IMG/VR virus record: IMGVR_UViG_2921665137_000001
Span: 1-64,000 of that record
Length of the DNA: 64,000 bases
Source: a virus
Reading direction: 5' to 3' (one strand)
Below are positions 1 through 9,129 of the stretch, piece after piece. A model generated the notes under the pieces. The model was not told where the DNA came from. It was given only the letters and a program-made list of their open reading frames with translations, and searched no databases. The number at the start of each line of letters is the position of its first letter. Within the stretch, counting starts at the first letter, position 1. Made by a program: the position numbers and the translations under genes.

Positions 1-1092
1 ATGGGCGCAATCACGCCACGAACGAACAAGGACGGTAGCACATCCTACAAGGCCCAGGTGCGGATCCGCAAGGATGGCAAGGTGCTGCACCAGGAAACCA
101 AGACCTTTGCCCGCAGGCAGGCTGCCGTCGCCTGGGTGAAGAAACTGGAAACCGAACTAGCCGATCCGGCAGGGCTGAAAAAGGCGCTGGCCGAAGACCC
201 GCCACTGAAAGACGTGATCGACCGGGCGCGGAAAGAGACCAAGCGGGCTATGAGCAAGTCGAAAATCAATGTGCTGAAAATGATTGAGGCACACGATTTC
301 GCCATGAAGCGCTGTTCGCAGATTGACAGTGCGGCGCTCGTCGGATTCGTTGGCGGCCTCGGTGTTTCCCCGTCCACCGCAGACAATTACTTTTCGCATC
401 TGGCATCCATCCTTAAAATCGCCAGGCCAGCATGGGGATTCCCGATTGACGAACAGGCAGTTAATGACGCCCGGGTGGTAATGAAGCGCCTCGGCACGAT
501 TGCCCGCTCAAATAAACGCGATAGACGCCCCACCGTCGATGAAATGAACCGGCTGATGGATTATTTCAGCAAGTCGAAAAGCACGCGCGGCGATACGCTG
601 CCAATGACGTCGATCTGTTTAATGACGATTTTCTCGCTGCGCCGCTCCATCGAGATATGCAATATCACATGGAATGACCTTGACATCGACGGATGCCGGG
701 TCATGGTGCGCGACCTTAAACATCCTGAAGAAAAGGCGGGAAATGATACGTGGTGTTATCTGACACCCGAAGCCTTGCGGGTGATTCTGGCCCAGCCGAA
801 AGTGACCGGGCAACCGCGCATATTCCCGCACGTGCCCAAGTCGACCAGCGATGCATTCGCCAGTGCGACGCTCGCGCTCGGCATTGAAGACTTGACGCTC
901 AACGATCTGCGGCACGAGGGCGCGAGCCGTCTGTCGGAGATGGGCTGGACTGTTCAGCGCGTTGCGTCCGTTTCTGGACACCGTAGCTGGAACACCCTGA
1001 AGCGGTACACGCACGTCCGAGAGGTTGGCGACAAATGGGCTGGCTGGGAATGGTTGGACCGCATAGCACCTCAGACCACGCCCGCCAGTTGA
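1..1092 (+). CDS. int: Tyrosine recombinase / phage integrase
   Basis: 363 aa. The C-terminus carries the R..H..R..Y catalytic motif region (LRHEGASRL...GHRSWNTLKRYTHV). The N-terminal SAM-like domain is typical of the phage integrase family. The ORF starts at window position 1, so the true start is uncertain. Confidence 0.9.
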   Translation: MGAITPRTNKDGSTSYKAQVRIRKDGKVLHQETKTFARRQAAVAWVKKLETELADPAGLKKALAEDPPLKDVIDRARKETKRAMSKSKINVLKMIEAHDFAMKRCSQIDSAALVGFVGGLGVSPSTADNYFSHLASILKIARPAWGFPIDEQAVNDARVVMKRLGTIARSNKRDRRPTVDEMNRLMDYFSKSKSTRGDTLPMTSICLMTIFSLRRSIEICNITWNDLDIDGCRVMVRDLKHPEEKAGNDTWCYLTPEALRVILAQPKVTGQPRIFPHVPKSTSDAFASATLALGIEDLTLNDLRHEGASRLSEMGWTVQRVASVSGHRSWNTLKRYTHVREVGDKWAGWEWLDRIAPQTTPAS

Positions 1093-1337
1093 TCGCATTC
1101 CTTCTTCGCTGCCGCCCGGGCCGCGTCGATGTAGTCGGCCAGGTCCTGCACATAGACGCCCTTGGCCGCCTTCTGGCTTTTCTCGCTCCGGACCAGCGGC
1201 AACGCGATTTCGCCGGTTGCGATCTTGCGTAGCAGCTTGTCCAGTTCGAGATGTGCGAAGTACTCCCGACGCACCTCTTCGATTGGGATCACAGCTCGAG
1301 CGCCAAACTGCGCCATCAAAAGAAACACGGTATTCAT
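1071..1337 (-). CDS. PrtN-like DNA-binding regulator (pyocin activator PrtN family; possible excisionase/late regulator)
   Basis: 88 aa. The N-terminus MNTVFLLMAQFGARAVIPIEEVRREYF...LRKIATGEIALPLV matches the PrtN family signature as I recall it. It is convergent with int and overlaps its 3' end. Confidence 0.65.
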   Translation of the reverse strand: MNTVFLLMAQFGARAVIPIEEVRREYFAHLELDKLLRKIATGEIALPLVRSEKSQKAAKGVYVQDLADYIDAARAAAKKECDQLAGVV

Positions 1338-1396
1338 TCCCTACCTCCCAAGCCATTCCCGTCGAGTGACGGCCAAGATTCGTTGTGCTGCGTCGA

Positions 1397-2593
1397 TCAT
1401 GCGCCCTTCACACACAAAACCTGTTTTAGGACGGCAACCACTTCAACGAGATCGGTCTGGTTTGCCATGACTTCATCAATGTTCTTGTACGCACCAGGAA
1501 TCTCATCAAGCACCGAATCATCCTTAAGACACTCGACGCCATCCGTTTGCGCCTGAAGGTCGGCCACCGTGAAGCGCTTGCGAGCTGCAGTTCGGCTCAT
1601 CCGTCGCCCGGCACCATGCGAGCATGAGCAGTAGGATTGAAGTTCGCCCTTCCCTCGCACGATATAACTGCGTTGCCCCATTGAGCCGGGGATAATCCCC
1701 AGATCGCCCTCACGCGCCCGAATGGCCCCCTTCCGCGTGATCCACAGATTCCGCCCGAAGTGATTCTCCCGGGCGACATAGTTGTGATGACACTGGATCG
1801 CCTCCTGAGTCACCGTGAAATCTATGGAAATGTGTCGGCGTAATGCAGCAATGGTGCGCTCCATCATGACCCGGCGATTCTCCAGGGCGTACTCTTGCGC
1901 CCACTCGACGGCTGCCATGTAGTCGTTGAAGTCCTCGGTGTCTTCAGGCAGGTAGGCCAGATCGACGTCGGGCAGGTTGATAAACCAGCCCTTCATAGCC
2001 TTCTTGGCGCGTTCGATGAAGTACGAGCCGATCATGTTTCCGATGCCGCGTGAACCGCTGTGGAGCATCACCCACACGTTTTGATCAGCATCGAGACATA
2101 CTTCGATGAAGTGATTGCCTGAGCCAAGCGAACCCAGTTGCTTCCATGCCTTTGTCGTCAGGCTCTTGCCGATCCCCGGATGCTTCTCGCCGATCATCTT
2201 GAGGCGCATCAGGAATGACGGGTCAACATCAGGCATATCCTGGTCGCGTTGATGCGCTCCACCGGCGCCCAGCGGTATGTCTCGCTCTATCTGGCTGCGG
2301 ATCGCCTTCAGGTCGTCAGGCAGATCGCTTGCCTTCAGAGACAGTCGCACTGCGACCATGCCACATCCCAGGTCGACCCCAACCGTTGCCGGAATTACAG
2401 CCTTGTCGGTGGCGATCACGGACCCGATAGTTGAGCCTCGGCCTGAATGCACATCCGGCATCAGTGCGACTCCGTTCGCCGCAATGAACGGCAGGCGCGC
2501 AAGATTCTTTGCCTGTTGCAATGCCTCCGGTTCGATATCATCCGTCCAAATCTTGATCGGCCGCGCGCCCTCTTCGTTGATGACCTTCTTCAT
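1397..2593 (-). CDS. rtcB: RtcB-family RNA 3'-phosphate/5'-OH ligase
   Basis: 398 aa. Conserved RtcB blocks are present (HNYVARENHFGRNLWITRKGA, GSMGQRSYIVRG, CSCSHGAGRRMSR). The ATG start overlaps the stop of the upstream gene (ATGA). Confidence 0.9.
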   Translation of the reverse strand: MKKVINEEGARPIKIWTDDIEPEALQQAKNLARLPFIAANGVALMPDVHSGRGSTIGSVIATDKAVIPATVGVDLGCGMVAVRLSLKASDLPDDLKAIRSQIERDIPLGAGGAHQRDQDMPDVDPSFLMRLKMIGEKHPGIGKSLTTKAWKQLGSLGSGNHFIEVCLDADQNVWVMLHSGSRGIGNMIGSYFIERAKKAMKGWFINLPDVDLAYLPEDTEDFNDYMAAVEWAQEYALENRRVMMERTIAALRRHISIDFTVTQEAIQCHHNYVARENHFGRNLWITRKGAIRAREGDLGIIPGSMGQRSYIVRGKGELQSYCSCSHGAGRRMSRTAARKRFTVADLQAQTDGVECLKDDSVLDEIPGAYKNIDEVMANQTDLVEVVAVLKQVLCVKGA

Positions 2594-2763
2594 CGTTGCT
2601 CCTCAGTTGTTTGTTCCGCAAACCACAGCACCGCCCTAAGTTCATCCACCGAGAAAACTCCATCCATCACCACTAGGTCAGCGCGCCAATCAGGTACGCC
2701 GTCGAGCATCTGGATGTTGCCGCCGCAGTCGCGGAGAATTTGTTTGGCTTGGTCGTGGGTCAT
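2590..2763 (-). CDS. Hypothetical small protein (57 aa), translationally coupled between the 142-aa gene and rtcB
   Basis: ATGA overlap at both ends. An AAGGAA ribosome-binding site lies 5 nt upstream of ATG 2763. The ORF-track start at 2796 would overlap the upstream gene. Confidence 0.5.
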   Translation of the reverse strand: MTHDQAKQILRDCGGNIQMLDGVPDWRADLVVMDGVFSVDELRAVLWFAEQTTEEQR

Positions 2764-3188
2764 TTTGGTTCCTTGATCAAATTCGCCTCGACCCACTGGC
2801 GCATGCGCACCCAGCGCTGCTCCGGAGTGTCATATTCGATATGACCAAGGGCGGCATTCCAGTGATAGTCGTTCTCGTCATTCTCGAACACGATTTCTGC
2901 CGCAAGAGCGGGCGCTATGTTGAAAGCCGCCCCAACGGCGTCACGGTCTTCCGGGTCAAGCTTCGCCATATCCACGCCGCGCGCATGCCCCAGGACGCCG
3001 ATCGTGCAGAACTCACCTTCGGCGGTCTGCAGTTCGTCAGCAATTAGGCGCTTTTCCGGCATCGCATCGAGTGCCGCGGCGAGGTCCCGGAAAAATGCCT
3101 GCCCGCGCTTGCCTCTAATGGCTGACTTGACCGCGCCGCGCCACAACTCCACGCCTTCGTAATCGTCGCTATATCCGCTTCTGCTCAT
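2760..3188 (-). CDS. Hypothetical protein (142 aa), first gene of the rtcB sub-operon
   Basis: Clean ORF with balanced composition. Its stop overlaps the start of the next gene. No family recognised. Confidence 0.55.
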   Translation of the reverse strand: MSRSGYSDDYEGVELWRGAVKSAIRGKRGQAFFRDLAAALDAMPEKRLIADELQTAEGEFCTIGVLGHARGVDMAKLDPEDRDAVGAAFNIAPALAAEIVFENDENDYHWNAALGHIEYDTPEQRWVRMRQWVEANLIKEPK

Positions 3189-3421
3189 TTCTCATCCTTA
3201 TATCGCTCACTGCGCTGCCTGGCCCGCTCGACCAACTTCATGAAATGACGCATTCGTAGCAACGTTCCGACAGCCTTCTGATAATCACCCCACGAGCCGA
3301 CCATGAAGCGATACCCTCCGCAGCGCGGGCCGAACTTTGCAATGGCGATAGACAGTTGGGCTTCGGCCTGCTGAAGGTGCTGCTCGACTTCGCTCAGGAC
3401 TTCTGCGTCGGTCTGGCGCAT
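3185..3421 (-). CDS. Hypothetical protein (78 aa)
   Basis: Overlap-coupled member of the leftward operon. Confidence 0.45.
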   Translation of the reverse strand: MRQTDAEVLSEVEQHLQQAEAQLSIAIAKFGPRCGGYRFMVGSWGDYQKAVGTLLRMRHFMKLVERARQRSERYKDEK

Positions 3422-3648
3422 TAACCCTCCCTATCACCCAAAGCACCCCTAGCCCGCCCCTTCGCCCACCCCTCAAACTCGCCCGGGTCGTCCCATTCCG
3501 CCGTATCGGCGTTGGCGATTTCGCGGAGGGTTTGCTCTAGCAGGGTGATGCGGGCATCCTTCGCTTCGGTGAAATCCAGAATCGCATGACGATCGGCGGG
3601 AGTGATTTCGCGATTAGCATCGCGGATAAGTTCAATCAGATCACTCAC
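3421..3648 (-). CDS. Hypothetical protein (75 aa)
   Basis: Acidic small protein, overlap-coupled. Confidence 0.45.
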   Translation of the reverse strand: MSDLIELIRDANREITPADRHAILDFTEAKDARITLLEQTLREIANADTAEWDDPGEFEGWAKGRARGALGDREG

Positions 3649-3941
3649 TTTGCATCTCCATTGACAAGGCCCCGAATAGCGTTCTCGCAGTCCTGAACTG
3701 CCACGTTGTAGGCGATGTCATCGGCAGAGTCGGTCGGATCGACAAGGCGCTCCGCGTGAACCGCCTCCCGACTTTCCTCCAGCGCGGCGCGGCGGGATGC
3801 TTGCCACGCTTCACTCGCTGCCATGCGCGCCATGCGAAAGACGCTCGCGCCTTCGTCATCATCCTTGGCGGCCTCAGACAAAACGCGATACCACGCGGTG
3901 CTTTTGATGTGCGCTTCGATCTGTTCATCGGTCATGGTCAT
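3645..3941 (-). CDS. Hypothetical protein (98 aa)
   Basis: ATGA overlap with the downstream gene. Protein-like composition. Confidence 0.5.
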   Translation of the reverse strand: MTMTDEQIEAHIKSTAWYRVLSEAAKDDDEGASVFRMARMAASEAWQASRRAALEESREAVHAERLVDPTDSADDIAYNVAVQDCENAIRGLVNGDAK

Positions 3942-4159
3942 GCTCCGTAATATTTAAGCGAGTCATTCCATCGCGCCCAACGGTCGTGACAGGCCGGACA
4001 CACCGCGCGATAACCGCCTTCGCTGCAACCATCCGCAACCGGGCCGCAGTAGTACGGCACGCAATGCAACCAGTCCCCGATAGCGGGACACATGGCGCAC
4101 TCAATGGCCATTGGCGGCGTCATGTTGTGGATGTGAATCAGGCCGCGGTCATCGCTCAT
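3938..4159 (-). CDS. Small Cys-rich (Zn-ribbon-like) protein. The start is ambiguous (4159 or 4222).
   Basis: Multiple C-x-x-C / C-P-A-C pairs (ECAMCP...CPACH). The internal Met at 4159 is preferred over the upstream start. Confidence 0.4.
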   Translation of the reverse strand: MSDDRGLIHIHNMTPPMAIECAMCPAIGDWLHCVPYYCGPVADGCSEGGYRAVCPACHDRWARWNDSLKYYGA

Positions 4160-4230
4160 GCTTAATCTCAAAAAAGAACCGGCCCGTACTGGCCGGCATA
4201 AACGCCGCGCGGAGGGCCGCACGATCGGGG

Positions 4231-5067
4231 TTACTTGCTACCGAGTTGAATCATCGGCATAGCGCCGCCCATCATGTAGGTCGGATAATGCCCATCCCAT
4301 CGTTCCACCTTCATTTTCTCGATCAGCGCCGGGTTGGCTTCGAGTGACTTGCCCATCAGTTCGTTGGCCTTCGCGTTGTTCTCGGCAACCCTTAGCGCGG
4401 CTTCGGACTCGACCACGCGTTTCTGCGCTTCCCACTTCGTCTGCACGATTTCGTTTTCGACGCGCAACGCGTTCTGCTGGGCGGTAATCTTTGCCTCGAT
4501 CGCATCGTTGAACTGTTTGCTGAACTGGAAGTTCACGATGTTCACTGCGCTCACGTTCACGCCGATATTCTTGAAGCGTGTCAGCAATGATTCACGCACC
4601 TCCTGACTCACCTGGTCGCGCTTCTGGATCAGGTCGGTCGCCTCGTATCGGGCTGCAACGGCTTTCACAATATCGTGTACCGCAGGGTCCATGACTTGCG
4701 TCCACGGATCGCCGCCGAGGTTGGAATAGATGCCGACTGCCGCGGTGGGGAGAATGTTGAAGTTCACCGACACCTTCATGTCCACTTGCTGAAGGTCTTT
4801 GGATGATCCCGCGACGTCGGATTCGGCCTTGTACACGCCGATGTAGACGTTGTGCATCGACTGCGAGATCGGCATGCGGAAGTGAATGCCGGGGTCATAG
4901 ACCGATGCAGTTGGAGCACCGAACGTTGTCATCACGCCCACATTGCCCGCTGGCACGGAAGCGAACGGCCAAAGGATGAAAAGCGCGATCAGCAATATAA
5001 CGGCGCCGACTGCACCGACGATGATCTTGATACTTCCTTGCGGGACTTCTCTGGTTGCGGTAACCAT
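4231..5067 (-). CDS. SPFH/Band-7 (stomatin/prohibitin/HflK-C-like) membrane protein
   Basis: 278 aa. It has an N-terminal transmembrane helix (IIVGAVGAVILLIALFILW) followed by an SPFH core and a coiled-coil tail (QQNALRVENEIVQTKWEAQKRVVESEAALRVAENNAKANEL). An AAGGAA ribosome-binding site is present. Confidence 0.85.
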   Translation of the reverse strand: MVTATREVPQGSIKIIVGAVGAVILLIALFILWPFASVPAGNVGVMTTFGAPTASVYDPGIHFRMPISQSMHNVYIGVYKAESDVAGSSKDLQQVDMKVSVNFNILPTAAVGIYSNLGGDPWTQVMDPAVHDIVKAVAARYEATDLIQKRDQVSQEVRESLLTRFKNIGVNVSAVNIVNFQFSKQFNDAIEAKITAQQNALRVENEIVQTKWEAQKRVVESEAALRVAENNAKANELMGKSLEANPALIEKMKVERWDGHYPTYMMGGAMPMIQLGSK

Positions 5068-5174
5068 ACTATTTTCCTTCTGTGGTTGAAAAAATTAGAG
5101 GCTCCCACACCACCCAGCCTAGAGATCAACGCCAAAGGCTTCATCTATTCGGATGGGCGGGAGCCGGGAAGGGG

Positions 5175-5870
5175 TTAGGCGGCTTCAGCGAACGTCATGC
5201 GCCTGTACACACCGCGCGTGCGCTCAATATCGCCACCGCAGTATTTCGCCACCTCAGCGATACGTCCGGCCTTCACGAAATCCCACACAAGGGAGCCGTC
5301 AATTTCCTCGCCGATCTCCGAGCCCTTCTGCTGCAATCCCATCGCTCCGACCAACTTGTCGAGTTTGACCGGGTTTTTAACGCCGCCCCAACGCGCCATC
5401 GTGTCAAATACCTTGGCGTCGTCCCATGGCTTGGCAGAGAACGGGATGAATGGCGTAGGCTTCACGCCCAACATGACCGCGCGTTGAAACAGGAAACGAA
5501 AGTCGAACTCCACGATGTTGTGACCGATGAACAGCGGACGGTCGCCAAGATTGACCGAGCATCGTTCATGGATCGCGTCAAATGCCTCGCGCAGCATGTC
5601 GGCTTCTCGGTCGACCCACTCAGGCGACCAGATCATCAAGGGCTCCTCGCCGTTGAATGCGAGCCCGATGACGGCAACGTGACCAAGTGCGCCGTCAAAG
5701 CTCGTCTTGCGCCACGCCTCTTCGACCGCAGCAGGCTTCTTCTCGGCCTCCCACGTGGCGATGGATTCCGCCTTGGTGATGTTGCCGGGGCAACTAACGC
5801 CCTTTGCGATCTGTTCACGGACGCCAGACAACTGGCTCGGGCAGGTTTCAATATCAAGATAAATTTCCAT
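5175..5870 (-). CDS. DEDD-type 3'-5' exonuclease (PolB-exonuclease-like, phage recombination accessory)
   Basis: Starts MEIYLDIETCP (Exo I D-x-E motif), with later ...HNIVEFDFRFL and ...YCGGDIERT motifs. A GGAAACC ribosome-binding site is present. The ORF-track start at 5957 lies inside the upstream gene. Confidence 0.75.
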   Translation of the reverse strand: MEIYLDIETCPSQLSGVREQIAKGVSCPGNITKAESIATWEAEKKPAAVEEAWRKTSFDGALGHVAVIGLAFNGEEPLMIWSPEWVDREADMLREAFDAIHERCSVNLGDRPLFIGHNIVEFDFRFLFQRAVMLGVKPTPFIPFSAKPWDDAKVFDTMARWGGVKNPVKLDKLVGAMGLQQKGSEIGEEIDGSLVWDFVKAGRIAEVAKYCGGDIERTRGVYRRMTFAEAA

Positions 5871-5877
5871 GGTTTCC

Positions 5878-6810
5878 TCAGTAGGGAATATCTTCGTCTT
5901 CGAATTCGGGTTGCGGCTGCTCAAGTTGCTTCTTGCGCTTGTCTTTAGCCGCAACAAAGGCGTCCTCGGATAGCTTGTCTTTGCGCTCGCGTGCCAACTT
6001 CACGGCGGCCTTATATTCGGCGACCAGTGATTCCATGTCGGCGGCACTTTCAATCGCGGCCTGCCAGTCGGCCAACTCCTGAGCGGTCACTCCTTCTGGG
6101 GCGGGTTCGGCTCCGCTCTCCAGCCACTCGCGCAGCATCACGCCGGTTGCTTCGCTGATCTTGAACGGATCGCGGTCCATGAACAGACCAGTGCGATCCT
6201 TCGACGTTTGCACAAAGTGCGTGTCATGCACCACATCGAGAACAACCGTCATTTCGTACTCGAAGCCGTCGCGCTGCTCTGCCTTCATGCCGAGCTTCAC
6301 GACCTGTTTCTTGCCGTTCTGCCCTTCTGTCTGCGCCGTTTCGGTCTTACTGCGCATCGTGATAATCACGTGCATGGGAGATCGCTGGATAGCGTCGATG
6401 AATGCCCGATGGCGAGGCGTGATATCGCTCCATGCGGACCATGAATTTCCCTTGTATCGGGCCTTGGCGATCTCGTCGACCAACTCCAGACACCCGCCGA
6501 CACCGGACCATTCATGCGTGGTGGAATCGATAATCAGAACGTCATACCCACCTTGCTCGGCTTCACGCATCGCCTTGATGAAGTTCTCCGGCGCGTACGG
6601 CGGATCAAGGTCTTGCGAGTCGAACTCGACGTCATACTTGCGGTTGTCCGCGTACAGCGACGCCGAACCCTTTTCGGTGTCAATCACCGCGATCTTTCCG
6701 CCCAATCCTTTGGCTATCAGCAGTGCTCCAAGGGTCTTGCCAGATCCGCTCGGGCCGGTTATGCCGAGGCGAAGTTTCGATTTTTTGCGTACCGCTTTCG
6801 TGAATGCCAT
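5878..6810 (-). CDS. AAA/RecA-like ATPase, Sak4-like (AAA_24) single-strand annealing/recombination protein
   Basis: Walker A motif GITGPSGSGKT and Walker B motif DVLIIDS. It has a C-terminal acidic tail. Position next to an exonuclease is typical of phage Sak4 modules. Confidence 0.8.
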   Translation of the reverse strand: MAFTKAVRKKSKLRLGITGPSGSGKTLGALLIAKGLGGKIAVIDTEKGSASLYADNRKYDVEFDSQDLDPPYAPENFIKAMREAEQGGYDVLIIDSTTHEWSGVGGCLELVDEIAKARYKGNSWSAWSDITPRHRAFIDAIQRSPMHVIITMRSKTETAQTEGQNGKKQVVKLGMKAEQRDGFEYEMTVVLDVVHDTHFVQTSKDRTGLFMDRDPFKISEATGVMLREWLESGAEPAPEGVTAQELADWQAAIESAADMESLVAEYKAAVKLARERKDKLSEDAFVAAKDKRKKQLEQPQPEFEDEDIPY

Positions 6811-6936
6811 TTTGATTCTCCTTGCTGGGCGCACTGGCTATCCCTTGCTGCGTCCCAAACATTGGTTGATGTGTCTCGTACCACTCCATAGCCTCTAGGG
6901 CTTCCTGCATTTCCCATCCGGGACCATCGTCGTCAG

Positions 6937-8334
6937 TCACGCTGCCTTCTCCTCGGGCGCCTTAAACGCCGCCGCATTGAATTTTTCGAGCCAGCCGACA
7001 ACGACAAGCGGCTTCACATCGAAGATATCCGCCAGCCTTGTGACGATTGCCTCGTCACCCGGGCCGTTCTTCTCGAACTGCACGCGGACTCGGCGGATCT
7101 GTTCGCGCTCTGCTGCGTCTTTCTCCGCTTGTAGACGTGCGGCCTCTGCTGCTTCCGCTTCGGCGACGCGCTGGGCTTCGATTGCTGCGGCGCGTTCGGC
7201 TTCCTCGCGCTGGCGACGGGCTTCGACGTCCTCGGCCTCTTTCCGCTCGGCATCGACCAACAGTCGGCGAATCTCCGCAACCGCAGTCGTCTTGGCACTT
7301 TCCGCTGAACTGGCCAGAATACCGAACCGCTCCGCATCGATCTCCCACGCCTCAGTCTCAGCCAGCGTCTCGCGGATGCATTCGATGGTTCCACCCTTGC
7401 GCACGCCCAAGCGGCCTGACTGGGCGATGATTACCTGCTGCTGGATGCCCTGAATCTCGGACATGGCAGCAGCCATCTTGTCGGCGGCTTCCTGCTGGGC
7501 ACGCAAACTCGCCTGTTCTGCCTCATGTTGGGCCAGCCACGCTGCGTTGGCAGCTTCGCGTTCCGCAGCCATCCGGCGTTCGTGCGCTTCCTGCTCTGCC
7601 AGCATCGCCGCTTGCGCCTTGGCTCGGGCAATCCGCTCTTCGTCGGCGATACGTTGGCGCTCAAGTGCTGCCACCCGATCACGTTCAGCCGCTTCGGCGC
7701 GTTCGCGGGCCAACGTCTCCCGTTCAGCCTCCAAGGCTGCCTGTTGAAATTCATGCAGGCGCATTGCTTCCTGCATCTCCCGCAACTTCTTGACGGCGTG
7801 GTCGCGCTCAACCTGACCTTCGCCGGCAAACTCCTGATAGTCCTCCAGCGAAATCACCGTTTCTGACAAATGATCCGCAGCCGCGCCGATTTCAGCGGAA
7901 GACTGACCCACCATCGAAGCGGGCATGTTGCGCATCCCGTCGATCACGGCGCGGATTGCATCAACCCGGGCTTTCTCGACCGCCAACTTCTCCAGCCGCT
8001 CAGCCTCGCGCTCCGCATCAAACGTATCGCGCAGGTTCTGCAAGCGACGTTCTTCGTCAGCCGTAATCGCTGTCAGCCGGTCAACCTCCTGAATCACGGC
8101 CTTCGAGAACTTGGTCGCATCGTCCCGAGCATCCTTGCCAGCCTTCTCGATGGCAATGCGGGCGTTTTTGAGCGTCATGTACGCGGCGTGCGCCTGCTCA
8201 CGGCCTGCCGGGTTGACGATCTTCGTGATGTCGGCGTACTTGGTCGACAACTCGATCAAGGCTTTTTCGTGCTCGGCGGTGCCTAGCGCGACTGCAGCGC
8301 GCTCCGGCACGGTCAGTTCTGTGGATTCGGTCAT
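6937..8334 (-). CDS. Phage coiled-coil protein, probably DUF1351-like Sak4 partner
   Basis: 465 aa with a long Ala/Glu/Arg-rich coiled coil. The assignment to DUF1351 rests on gene neighbourhood and recall of the family, not on a database search. Confidence 0.6.
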   Translation of the reverse strand: MTESTELTVPERAAVALGTAEHEKALIELSTKYADITKIVNPAGREQAHAAYMTLKNARIAIEKAGKDARDDATKFSKAVIQEVDRLTAITADEERRLQNLRDTFDAEREAERLEKLAVEKARVDAIRAVIDGMRNMPASMVGQSSAEIGAAADHLSETVISLEDYQEFAGEGQVERDHAVKKLREMQEAMRLHEFQQAALEAERETLARERAEAAERDRVAALERQRIADEERIARAKAQAAMLAEQEAHERRMAAEREAANAAWLAQHEAEQASLRAQQEAADKMAAAMSEIQGIQQQVIIAQSGRLGVRKGGTIECIRETLAETEAWEIDAERFGILASSAESAKTTAVAEIRRLLVDAERKEAEDVEARRQREEAERAAAIEAQRVAEAEAAEAARLQAEKDAAEREQIRRVRVQFEKNGPGDEAIVTRLADIFDVKPLVVVGWLEKFNAAAFKAPEEKAA

Positions 8335-8525
8335 GCCGCCCTCCGTTCAGGTGGAAGCGCAGCAAACCGCGCCTCGTAGTTTTCGAAATAGCCCGCGAAT
8401 GTCTCGCGCAGCTTTACCTTGTTGACGGCGTCCGCTGCGTAATAGCAATCCGCGAGCGCTCTAACGAAACTGCCGCCCTGAATCTCCATCATGTGCAGGG
8501 CGTCGTCATAGATTTGTTGGCTCAC
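8331..8525 (-). CDS. Hypothetical small protein (64 aa)
   Basis: ATGA overlap with the upstream gene start region. Confidence 0.4.
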   Translation of the reverse strand: MSQQIYDDALHMMEIQGGSFVRALADCYYAADAVNKVKLRETFAGYFENYEARFAALPPERRAA

Positions 8526-8679
8526 GTCGCTCCCCTAACCGAAAGCAGTTGAAGCCGCAGCGCCGCCGTGTTATCCCGATCCGCCTTGTCGGCCATGCAG
8601 AGCGTGACAAAGGCTGCGAGGATCATTCCGGCGAGCGAGACACGCGGGTGCCGTCGATAGAAATTGTCGAATTTGCGAA

Positions 8680-8856
8680 TCACTTCGCCCTCTCCCCATA
8701 CGGCACCGCACGCCGCTGAACCCGGTTAGCTGGCGCCAACAAATACTTGTCACCCAGCGCTTCAATGGCCCGCTCGCGGCGTTCTTCAATGCTGTCTACG
8801 TACTCAGCCATCTGTTTGAGTGCGGCTTTGCGTTGTGCTTCGAATGCGTCGATCAT
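8680..8856 (-). CDS. Hypothetical small protein (58 aa)
   Basis: ATGA coupling to the gene ending at 8853. Charged helical composition. Confidence 0.35.
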   Translation of the reverse strand: MIDAFEAQRKAALKQMAEYVDSIEERRERAIEALGDKYLLAPANRVQRRAVPYGERAK

Positions 8857-9128
8857 TTCGGCTCCTCGCATTGTTTGAGCGCAAGCATCAGCATCCCGCC
8901 CACCATATGCTGGCTGTGGGCAATGTTTGCGCTCAGGTCATCACTGACCATCTTCGGGATCGGCCCCGCCATTTCATTGATAAACTCGGCGACCCATTCA
9001 AGACGACCGGCGAGGCGATCCATGTTGACTTCGCGCAATACCATCGCGACGTCTTCGATGTTGCGAGTCGCGTTCATGATCTTGTGCGCTCGCGCCATAA
9101 TGCTTAGATGCTCGTCTGTATCGAACAT
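8853..9128 (-). CDS. Hypothetical protein (91 aa)
   Basis: A strong GGAGG ribosome-binding site lies 6 nt upstream of ATG 9128. Confidence 0.45.
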   Translation of the reverse strand: MFDTDEHLSIMARAHKIMNATRNIEDVAMVLREVNMDRLAGRLEWVAEFINEMAGPIPKMVSDDLSANIAHSQHMVGGMLMLALKQCEEPK

Positions 9129-9129
9129 G

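Noticed and set aside
619-1356. 245-aa minus-strand ORF overlapping the integrase gene
   Set aside because: Antisense to a well-supported integrase. Arg/Gly-rich low-complexity translation typical of high-GC shadow ORFs.
6161-6898. 245-aa plus-strand ORF inside the Sak4-like gene region
   Set aside because: Opposite strand of a strongly supported ATPase gene. Cys/Ser/Arg-rich junk composition.
6977-7866. Several Arg/Ala/Ser-rich ORFs on both strands across the 465-aa coiled-coil gene
   Set aside because: Shadow ORFs caused by the GC-rich repetitive coiled-coil coding sequence. No ribosome-binding sites.
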